From Felis catus (taxonomy: Eukaryota): a stretch of 64,000 bases of DNA. This document shows positions 54,305 to 64,000 of the stretch, one piece after another (within the stretch, counting starts at the first letter, position 1; each line of letters begins with the position of its first letter). Position numbers and translations under genes: made by a program. A model generated the notes under the pieces. It saw only the letters and a program-made list of their open reading frames with translations. It did not search any database and was not told the origin of the DNA. The stretch covers positions 203,672,001-203,736,000 of the forward strand of contig NC_058368.1 of assembly GCF_018350175.1 (NCBI RefSeq). Direction: 5' to 3'.

Positions 54305-56090
54305 TCATTTCAATAACTTTTTAGGGGACCACTGGTCAGGGGTGCTATGACATCCCTTCCAAAGTAAAAGACAAAACTGTTTCAACCTGCACCCCCTGCC
54401 ATGAAGAAGGAAGCACAAGGTCTGGCAGCCCTCTGTTCTGGAGGCAACACATTCCACACTTAGAAATCCTGCTCCAGCCCGTATATGGGTGCTGTGGAAG
54501 GCCACTAGCTTTGAATAGGGCCCGTAGGAGGAAAGAGCTCTGCAGAAAGTCCAGACTGCAATGAAAGCACCCTGCCCCTGAGACTATCCAGCAGACCCTG
54601 TGGTGCTGGAGGCATCAGCGTTGGGGGAAAAAAAAATCAGTGTGGATTTTATGGCAAGCCCTAGTGAGAGAATCACAAAGCAAGTTCCTAGGGTTTTGGA
54701 GCAAGGCCATGACATCTGCAGTGGAGAGTTACACGCTGGTAGAAAAACAGCCTCTGGCATGCTACCGGGCCCTGGTAATGATGGAATGCTAGAACATATG
54801 GACACCAAGTGACCACGCATCTGGAACTGTCCTGTTGGACTTGCCCAGTGATAAAGTCAGGCAGGCCAAGCATAATCCATCATAACATGGAAATGATACA
54901 TCCAGGACCAAGCATGGGCAGGCCAACAGGGCACAAGTAAGCTGCGGGAGCAGGCAGTCCAGACTCTTGTATCACCCACCACAGCTACACCCATGCCTCT
55001 CTGTCTCAGTTCACAATGATGGACAATGAGAACTACTAATCAACTAAAGGACCATGAAGAAGATCAAAGTGAATTACGGATTGATATGCCTGGTAATTAG
55101 GTGAAAACCAAAAATTTTTAGAAGCTGCATCGCAATCCCATTCAGGAGAGGTATTAAAAGACAGTGGCCAGGGGAAAATCCTCCAAAGGGCAAAGTTTTG
55201 GGTGGTAAACCTGGTTATCTACTTTATATGGAATGGTATTATCCAATAAAAATGTAATGTGAGCTACAAATAGAAGCCACCTATATACTTTTATTTTTTC
55301 TAGTAGCCATGTTTAAAAAGCATTTCTTTAACCCAATATAGCTAACATGTTAGTATTTCACACATAATATTTTTAAATTACTTGATATTTTACATTTTTC
55401 ACATTAAATTTTCTGTATCTGGTTTGTATTTTGCATTTAGAATACACTCATTTTGGACAGTCACATTTCAAGAGCTCAACAGTGATATGTGACTCGTGGC
55501 TACCTTATCAGACAGCATAGGGTTGAAATATACACAGATACAAGGTCAGTAGCTGGTCAGGAGCCTGGAAGGAAAAAGATGGGAAAATGAGAAGGTCTGG
55601 AGTAGAGGCAAATAGATAAGCACATGGAAAATGGGCACAGAGGCAAAAGATATTTGTATTACACATTAATGCCAACCAGAAACTACTCATCGCAGAAAAG
55701 GCATTAAACACTCATAGACAAACTGTCTTGCCCATTCGATATTAGACAGCCTGTATCTGCAACCACCCAGTAGTGACACAATGAACACATAAACCACCTG
55801 TTCAGTAACAGAGATGGAGGCTATGAATGTGCCCAATGACAATGACTGCTTCTTATCAAGGTTGATCTAGCTACTACCACTTCAGAATGTCCAACCTCCT
55901 AGCAACACAATCAATATGAACCCCTGCTACGGCACTATTCCTAGAAGAATCCTAACACTTGGTGCCAAATTAACTACATTTGATCCCTTCTGTTCTAAAA
56001 GAGTCACTGGTTCGTGCTCATTGGAATAATCACCTGTTACTAATATAGAATTGCCTTTCCTGCCCACAAGACATCACTACACCATGTAAT
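54305..56090 (+). mobile_element. Degenerate ERVL-class internal (pol) fragment
   Basis: Broken frames resemble ERVL pol motifs: DIPSKVKDK, WRQHIPHL, LGFWSKAM, EKQPLACYRALV, then RNase H/integrase-proximal sequence. Confidence 0.8.
55232..55520 (-). mobile_element. MER33/MER3-like hAT-Charlie DNA transposon nested in the ERVL remnant
   Basis: Reverse end ctatgctgtctgataaggtagccacgagtcacat and internal ttgaaatgtgac; other end tatccaataaaaatgtaatgtgagc. Confidence 0.7.
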
Positions 56091-56199
56091 AAAGGATTAA
56101 CCTCTCTCTTCTAAGTTTTCCCTTAGGAAGTAAGGCCCACCAGAGCCCTGAGAAAGCTGCTTCCCAAAGGTATACAGAGAAGAGGATCAAACCATGCAC

Positions 56200-56642
56200 T
56201 GTGGACAGAGATACAACACTTGGAACCTTCTTTAAGGAAGGACTCGCTGCCCAGAAGTGAGGTGTGTGGCTAGCTGACAGCCTCCAGCTGTTAGCTTTGC
56301 TAGCATCTGCCTCAATTGCTAGCCCTGATTATACTAATTTCATAGTAGTTCTTAGTCAATGATTGAGCAAAGCAATGGGATGACAGCACATTCTTCTTGG
56401 GATGGCCCCACCCAATGCAGAAGTCATGATACAAGGGCCTCACTACTTCTACACATAGCAGACTCCTCCATGGACCATCTTTACTCTAGGCTCCTCACTG
56501 GGCTATCAGATTGGCACTGCAATCTGATAGCTCCTCCCACGCTCCTCCTTCCATTTCTCTTCCTTTCACAGGTGTTAGTGCCCAATAAAACTTCTCACTC
56601 CTAACTCCAATCTCAGAGCCTCCTTGGAATACCCAGTGACAC
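56200..56642 (+). mobile_element. LTR16-like ERVL LTR
   Basis: Follows the ERVL internal sequence; tttcacaggtgttagtgcccaataaaacttctcactcctaactccaatctcag...gtgaca 3' end. Confidence 0.65.
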
Positions 56643-56856
56643 CAACAAGTGAGAACCACATAGAGTTCTAGCAATGAGAGCAAAAGTGCCTCGATATTGG
56701 TATGGTAAGATTGGGAAGTTGGATAGGTATAGTGCCTATAGAAATAAGGCACTAACCACATTTCACACTGAAGAAAGATTCTATTTTTACAACACATGAC
56801 ATGTTCTTAATCAAATTTAAAGCCTCATGTAGAATTTGGAGAAAGGAATTTTGGAC

Positions 56857-57921
56857 ACCTAGATAAAAGCTCTAAGGTCAAGAAGTATAAGCCATTTAGG
56901 AGTTTTCTAAAAGAGAGATTTTGAACTCCAATAATTTTCTTAGCTTTCTCCTAATCTAAGCTTTTGTTATCTCAATAAATTACATGTAAATATCTCACCC
57001 TAACTGGTGTGATTATGTGTGCGTGTGTGTGTGCACGCACACACACAAAATACTATATGCTAATTAAACTTTAATTCTAGGGGTAGTCATTTGCCCTGTT
57101 TAAAAATCCAAACTCCAAAGAGTTTTTATCACATTAAAAGTCCAAAGTCCTTCTACACATGCTTTTCCTTTTCTTATCTTGCTTGATAACGCAACTTCAT
57201 CAATTTGCATACCACATGTCAAAAATATGTTTTTACTGGTTAAACTAATGGCTTCCTCATTAGGAGAATAAATTACACACTAGCTTTCACTGGTTAAATC
57301 AAAAGTAGAGTGAATTGGGTAAAACTATTTTACAGCAGTCTCCCCCAGTGCTTTCATGAACAGAATCAATAACTCTTGCAAAGTCTGTCCCCTTTCACCT
57401 CAGGGATGGTGCTTGAGGTTTAATCCTTAAATCGTCCTATATTTAGCTATTAATTTAAGAGGATTTTTGTTGGCCTCAGGGTAGCAGTGTTCCTCCTCTA
57501 AAATGTTGTTGTGTCTCCCTCAAGTGATCTTTAAGGAAGATAGTAGGTAGAATTCTAAATAGAATAGAAATCTGGAATTTCATCAGCTTTACAGAATAGA
57601 TTGGGTAAGCTATCTTTTGTTTGCTTACTAATAATTGTTAGTTTAATAAATGTGTGTATCTGTTGCAGATTTTTGTCTGAAACCTGTGTTCATTAAACCT
57701 CTTGGGAGAGTGGTGGGGAAGTAACTAACATACACTCACTTTAAAAGTCTCAGACTACTGGGGCACGCAAGTGGCTCAGTCAGTTAAACATCTGACTCTT
57801 GATCTTGGCTCAGGTGATGATCTCAAGATTTGTGAAATCCAGCCCCACATCAAGCTCCATGCTGACAGCGCAGAGCCTGTGTGGGATTCTCTCTCTTCCC
57901 CCCACCCCATTCTCTCTCTCT

Positions 57922-57955
<34 letters not shown>

Positions 57956-58803
57956 AGGTTACCATTATAGACTTCCCACAAAACTAAGAATTGTTCATGA
58001 AAAGATTAGCAGTTTATAATACAAGACTGCTAATACCTACTTATACAAATCTAAGATGACTAGAAAAGGAAGAAACCTTTGATATGACTGATTTCAATGA
58101 TGTAACAAATCAAAAATCCAATAACTGCACTGAAAAACATTAATATGTTTGGAGTTTTCAGAATTTGGAAAATATTAGATACTTTACATAAAAATATGTT
58201 GAAATCTATATGGACATAGGACTTATGCAGTGAGATAATTTTAGAGAATATTGCCAATGTAAATAGATCATTTTAACCAAATTGATCTTAATTGGGTTAA
58301 TCTATTAGGGAAGTGTTTGCTGACTTTAAAAGGAGTATAGTCAAATCCTGATACACACATACAAGTATGTTTTCAATATATTTCTAGAATAATTTTGCTG
58401 TCTAATTGTTAATCTTAAAGCTGACCTTTTAAAATAACTAAGTAAAATGTCTTCTAACTCAGGAAAGAAATATTGCAAAGCGTGCCTGCAAACGATCACA
58501 GACTTGTCACAAAATAAATGTCTATAATCTTATTTGGTGTCTCAGAAATGGGACAGTTAACCTGGTAGGTCATAAATACTCCAAGAGGGAGGGGTTCATT
58601 CAGTAACCCTCTGACAGATCCTAAATTACTGTAATCGATGGTGGGACCACTGTAACGATGAGGCCATCTGCAAAGCAGTTACATCCTAGTTAGAATTTCT
58701 AAGGCTATGAACAATGATAACATAAGCAGACCTAGATAAAAGCTCCAAGTTAAGAAGTATATAATAAGCCAATTAGGATTTTTCTAAAAGACAAATTTTG
58801 AAC
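56857..58803 (+). repeat. Imperfect ~70-bp direct repeat pair (56857-56926 and 58730-58803)
   Basis: acctagataaaagctc(t/c)aag(g/t)t(c/-)aagaagtata...agcca(t/a)ttagga(g/t)ttttctaaaaga...attttgaac in both copies. Confidence 0.85.
57760..57954 (+). mobile_element. Can-SINE with long pure polyA
   Basis: gtggctcagtcagttaaa head; A-run 57923-57954. Confidence 0.88.
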
Positions 58804-59221
58804 AGCTTTATTGCAAGTTCTGAAAGTTAACAACTGATGAAGTACGTGTATTAATAAAATAGCACTAAATACTCATGTTTTAATAATATCACATGATATA
58901 ATAACTGTTGTCTGTTTTAATAAGTCTAGACAATATGGAATTTCAAATGAAAATGAACTCACTTTTACTAAAGCAAGTTCAAAAGATGTTGTGAAGTATG
59001 TGTATGTGTGTGTTTAATTAAAACTATGTTCAAAAATAAAGCAATTGACATGGATTCTGAAAAATTGACACTGAATATTATAAAGGTCCTCAAAGCTATG
59101 TTATTGATTAGCTTTTGGGCATGAAAATGTTTGCTACAGGCAATAGAGCTCTATTGGAAGTTTCGAACTTTTGCAGATTGTTGCAAGACAATTTAGTTTT
59201 CTGTTAATATAGTATATTTAT

Positions 59222-59425
59222 GGGGGCACCTGGGTGGCTCAGTCAGTTAAGCATCCAACTTCTGTTCAGGTCATGATCTGACGGTTTGTAAGTTCGAGCC
59301 CCGCATGGGCCTCTGTGTGGACAGCTCAGAGCCTGAAGCCTGCTTGGGATCCTGTCTCCCTCTCTCACTGCCCCTCCCCCACTCATGCTATCTTTCAAAA
59401 AAATAAACATTAAAAAAAATAAAAA
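59222..59425 (+). mobile_element. Can-SINE
   Basis: TSD atatagtatatttat. Confidence 0.92.
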
Positions 59426-59825
59426 TATATAGTATATTTATGGTGTCTATATGCATGTATAATTTATTTTTGATATTTATGATACATGCATAGTGCATTT
59501 ATTATGTACATTCTGTCAATACAGTATATTTATTATAATCCATATAATAATAAGCCAAATAGTAAGATGGTTCAGAACCAGACACCCTGGCTCCCTTCTT
59601 ATATCTGCCACTTACTGATACAGAAACTTGAATCAGCACAGTACCTCCTCTAAAATCTGTTTTCTCAGAAAGAACAGAGATAATAATAGTACTAATATAT
59701 AACAAATGTACAATGTGAATAAAGCAAATGCACTGAAGAATAGGACTAACGTCATAAAGTTCTTATGAAGAAATTAATAAAGTACTCAGTAAAGTGTTTT
59801 ACAAAGTACCAATTTCTTAATGTGA

Positions 59826-59861
<36 letters not shown>

Positions 59862-60053
59862 TATCTACCAAGAATCTACTCCATGCAAAGCACAACATGA
59901 TGCAGCAAATTAGGTGGATTTGGCTCACACCACTGAAGTGTTTTAAAAATCAAGTCAACAGACTCTGGCAGCAAAAAGTGGGACAATATGGAGGAGACGG
60001 ACATGGGCCAACATACAGGTGCCACAATATATCATGAAGCATTTTGTGTATGT

Positions 60054-60850
60054 CAGAACCCTGATCGATTCAACTGCAAAAATGAAACAGAAACTGGAAA
60101 TTGTTATTGTTTGTCTTACAGATCAGAATATCAGGCACAAGACTGAAAACAGAGGTAATATGAAATGCATCTACAACAGAACTGGAAAGTTCTTCGAAAA
60201 GTATCTCCAAGATGTTAACTTTTCTTTTGAGATTCCAAATCAATAAAGTGAAATCGGCTGGCCCTCTGGATTAGCCGTAAATTGTGAATATGGCCACAGT
60301 ACTAAAAAAAAACAAATTTTTGGCATGTGAGAATATAAAAAAAAATGTTGACAAGGCAGCTTAAAAAAATAAATTTAAATGTAAATACTCCTGATTTTGA
60401 AGCTGGTATAATATTGGCTAAATTTCAGTTTTGTTGCCCTGATGATTATGCGGAAATCCCTAATGCAATTTGCATTTTACATTAGGAGTGTTTATATCAG
60501 ATGTAGTTTTTCAGTTTCGAAAAGCACAGTTAGATTTTGACACAGGAGATGCATTTCTTCCATCATTGCATAAAGAACACAGAACACAAACAAAAATTAA
60601 TGAAGCCATTTTAGCTGTCCAGGCAATTATTGCTGATCCCAAGACAGACCACAGGCTGGAAAAAGTTGGAAGATGAACATTTTAGGATTTCAGCTTCTCA
60701 TTTAGTTAGTATAGTCGGAGCCTACGCACAATTTTGGAATGTGTAAGGAAATCAAATGCTAGTTTTTTCAGGAAAGGAAACTCCATAAATCTGACCAAAC
60801 ATTTGCCATGTTGGGGTTTTTTTGTCTTCTAATAAGTATTGGAGATAAGT
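60054..60850 (+). pseudogene. RTRAF: Processed pseudogene (retrocopy) of RTRAF/C14orf166/hCLE
   Basis: Collinear intronless peptides NPDRFNCKNETE, DQNIRHKTENRGN, KFFEKYLQDVN, GLAVNCEYG, NLNVNTPDFEAG, FDTGDA, QTKINEAILAVQAIIADPKTDHRLEKVGR* (stop at 60676). Multiple stops, frameshifts and deletions, no start region, and 3'UTR-like sequence follows. Confidence 0.93.
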
Positions 60851-60969
60851 GCGGAGTTAAATTAACAGAAAATGCTATGCATGCAAAGATGTTCACTTTA
60901 ACTCCATTTACAGTAACTAAAGTTGAGAGATTCAGAGTTAAATATTTTTTGACGTGTAACAAATTCATT

Positions 60970-61245
60970 GATGCATATTTATTTTTGAGTACAGGTGACA
61001 CATAGTGCTACTTCAGTTTCAGGTGTACAACTTAGTGACTTGACAAATTTACACACTAGGCTGTGTTGACCACAAGCGAAGCCACCATCGGCCCCTTTAC
61101 ATCGCTGTTACAGTATCATCGACTGTATTCCTTATGCTCTCTGCTTTTTATTCCCGTGACTTATTCATTAAGTGGAAGCCTGTATCCCCCTCTCCTCTTC
61201 ACCCATTTTGCCCAACCTCCCACCCACCCCTCCCTACTGGCAACC
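60970..61245 (-). mobile_element. Carnivore L1 3'-end fragment
   Basis: gtttcaggtgtacaacttagtgacttgacaa...ggaagcctgtatccccctctcc...cacccattttgccca. Confidence 0.65.
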
Positions 61246-61399
61246 TTACTCACAGGACAATAACAGCTCACTGAACTGCTTATCACCCAGTTCTGACCTC
61301 TTGTAAAATGCCAGTAATAGAGAATTACGTGCTGGACTATGTATTTTTCCACTATACCTCAAACCGGAAAGTACTTAGTACATTTATATATTCTAAATC

Positions 61400-61570
61400 A
61401 TAATCTCCTCAGGACCATTCTTTGGGACAGGTACTGTCCCTCATTTTGACACATGAGGAGAGCGAGTTCAGAAAGACTTGGTGAGGGTATACAATGTGCT
61501 CAATGTCATGTAGCTGATCAGGGATGCAGCTGGAATTTCAGCCACGTCTGCCAAGCCCAAAGCCCCCTGC
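61400..61570 (-). mobile_element. MIR
   Basis: cctcattttgacacatgaggagagcgagttcagaaagacttg. Confidence 0.6.
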
Positions 61571-62535
61571 ACATTTCTAAACTAAATGTTCTCGCCCTAA
61601 ACATTCTTCTTCCTTCACTGCCATTTTCTGCTACCTAAACCACCACGTTAAAATTCTTGGCATCATTTCCTTCTCCCTAACAGCACTAATCTTAAATCAC
61701 TTTTGTATCTCCCCTCCTCCATCACTCTCCCACTTCGGCAATCCTTACTACCTCTGTGCCAGGAAACTGTAATCATTCTGTTTCTTGTCTTACTGATTCC
61801 AATCTTTGTATGCCTTCAACCCATTCCATGACTACCTCATCATCATGCAGTTGAATGCTTGCAGTGGCTTGGTTCCCTAAACCCTTTCCTGCACAGGCTG
61901 GCGTCCTCTTATTTGTTGCCCAAACCTCCACTTATTCTGCCCCCAGTCAATCTGGCCAGCTGATCACCTGCTTTCATTGACACATTCTAAACTTCAAGTG
62001 AATTTGAAAAGGTTATCATTTTACTTAATACGTTTTCTTCTTATATGCCTATTCTAGGTTCCTCTTTCTGGAATTCTTCCCCATTTTACTCAATTCCCAA
62101 TCTTCTCAGGTGAATATAAATACCCTATAAAGAGTTAAAGGAATTGCAATCAAACTGTTGCAATGGGTGTCTCCAGATGGTAGGTGGGATTATGTTTAAT
62201 TTTCTCTTTAATGTATTCCAAACTGTATATCTAAGCATTTATTATTTTCATCACTTAAAAAATGTTATTTTAAGAAAATCATACCTGCAGGGAAAAAAAA
62301 TGTATTACTTGCATACAGAGAGGTCCCAGGATACCTACTAATCTATTGACATTTGAACATACAGAGCATGGAAGCAAATAATGATTTCAATATACAGTGA
62401 TCTGAGCAGAAATTAAAAAGAAAGACTGGAGCCTCTATGTCCTTTTAAAAAGACCTCAATGATAGCTAAGGCATGCCTAAAAGCATATGTCAGTTGAAAA
62501 AGACTGATTCTGAATACCACAGTGTGGTATCATAC

Positions 62536-62702
62536 TGTTGAGAGACTCTGGAATGTGAAAAGAGCAGAGTAAATTGGTTTGTTTGTAAGAACCCAACATG
62601 GGATATCTACTGTAGTCAGAGGACAGGTCTCAGAAAGGAATTTATTCTGGACGTGGTGGTTTGCTCTCAAGCAATCCAAGAGGAATAGAGTTGGTTGTTC
62701 AA
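62536..62702 (-). pseudogene. Open 167-nt exon-like segment with an RGS-core-like peptide
   Basis: Acceptor ttgctgtgtttatag, donor ACA|gtatga; VEQPTLFLLDCLRANHHVQNKFLSETCPLTTVDIP resembles the RGS EENLxFWLxC ... AxxIxxxFIxxxxPxEVNI pattern. Confidence 0.45.
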
Positions 62703-63349
62703 CTATAAACACAGCAAATAATCCAACTCAGTTTATACTTTATGGAATCAATAGAAAGATGTTAGACAACATCAGAGTGGAGATGGGGAGAAATGGGCAA
62801 ACTGGACAGTCCTACAAGGCTATTCTCACTACTACACCCTCCCAGAGACTCAGCAGGGAAATTTGCCCAATTGATAACAGGTTAAATTCACAACTGTAAA
62901 TGCAGAATAAGAAATACCACATCTGGCTACCAAGAACAATTACAAGCAATTAAAAGGCACAAATAACCTAGAAGAACATATTCAAATATAAGTTTGAAAT
63001 GAACAATCAGGAAATCCCACCTGAGTTTTAGTGTCAAAACTACAGAGCTCTAAGTCAAGCGCAGGAAAAAGATCTGCCTTTCATTACATGCTATGGAGAG
63101 GAGAAAGCCTTAGCTGTGAGGATCATAGGTCTTTCTCTCTGGTTGCTTAGTTATTCAAAAGAAACATAAGGAAAAGAGGCTTCTCTGCCTAGGTGCATAT
63201 ACAGGGTATCAGAGAACAATTATATTACGATGTATGATATTTTTACAAGGTTACATCTGAAATTTTTCATTTTGTTCTCTCCATTGGTCATGCATTCTGG
63301 TCATGGAGCAATTGAAGAAAGTGGCAATATCTAATTCTATTCAGGTAGT

Positions 63350-64000
63350 GAGTCAAGAATTATATGTAAAAGCTAAAATTGTGAAGTTTACAAAACAAAC
63401 CATAAAGTATTTTCATGACCTTGGAATGGAGAAAAATATCTGAGACAAGACAATAATAACACTAACCATAAAAGAAAAAAAAAGATACAGTGAATTTTAC
63501 CAAATTTTAAAACTACTCCTCAAAAATTATAAACAAAATGAAATGGCAAGCTACACACCGAGGAAAATATCTTTAATAGATTCATCAAAGAACTCATCAA
63601 TTAATAACAAAAAGAGAAATCTAATTGTTTTAAATGGGCAAAACCTTGACATTCACAAAAAAACATGAATGAATGAATGAATGACCAATAAACATATGAA
63701 AAGGTGTTCAATATCATCAGTCATGGGGGAAATGCAAATCAAAACCACAATGAGATCTCATTACATACCAACCAGAACGTTCAAACTTAAGATGTACAAT
63801 ACCAAGTTTGGGCAAAAATGTGCAGCAACTGAAATATTACTTATTGTTACAGGGCAGGTAAAGGAGTACAACCACTTGTGAAAACTGTGTACCAGTGTCT
63901 ACAAAAGTTAAACATCACCTACTTAATGACTCAGCAAATTCCACTCCCAGGTATATTCCAAGATCAATAAATGCATATGTCAACAAAAAGCCCTGTACAA
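63350..64000 (+). mobile_element. Old L1M ORF2 3' fragment
   Basis: ORF 63681..63881 NKHMKRCSISSVMGEMQIKTTMRSH is the L1 ORF2 C-terminal motif. Confidence 0.85.

Larger units (their letters stand above)
148..62702 (-). pseudogene. Candidate decayed multi-exon gene with RGS22/RGSL1-like motifs; may extend beyond the window
   Basis: Many minus-strand non-repeat segments bounded by pyrimidine-rich AG acceptors and GT donors. Translations show RGS-like motifs (EQPTLFLLDC; KFLSETCPLTTVDIP; QFLWLDL; YLQSDFY; LQEITHTLMEEFY), but several segments contain stops or frameshifts. Confidence 0.45.

Noticed and set aside
2324..59425. Many 60-130 aa ORFs of the MAQSVK.../[16 protein letters not shown]... 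type
   Set aside because: They are translations of Can-SINE sense or antisense strands, not genes.
60470..60676. Functional RTRAF gene or last exon
   Set aside because: The sequence is intronless, with internal deletions and stops/frameshifts in the upstream coding part, so it is a retro-pseudogene.
148..62702. Naming the fossil gene RGS22 or RGSL1
   Set aside because: Only short motif-level resemblance is visible, with no stretch of orthologue-level identity, so no symbol is assigned.

Overview
AT-rich, CpG-depleted mammalian genomic DNA, almost certainly felid (cat-type Can-SINEs and a cat-type L1). I see no intact protein-coding gene, RNA gene, CpG island or prokaryotic feature. The window holds about 30 Can-SINEs, a 3.8-kb 5'-truncated L1 (minus strand) with a nested SINE, older L1M/L2/MIR fragments, MLT1 LTRs, an ERVL pol remnant with an LTR16-like LTR interrupted by a MER33-like element, and microsatellites. 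Two non-repeat signals stand out. (1) A near full-length, old, intronless retrocopy of RTRAF (C14orf166/hCLE) at ~60050-60850 (+). (2) A chain of minus-strand exon-like segments with AG/GT boundaries across the whole window, whose fragmentary translations repeatedly resemble RGS-domain and RGS22/RGSL1-type motifs but carry stops and frameshifts. This is a candidate decayed (unitary-pseudogene-like) multi-RGS-domain gene. The RGS assignment and all repeat subfamily names come from pattern recognition against remembered sequences and need HMM, BLAST or RepeatMasker confirmation.
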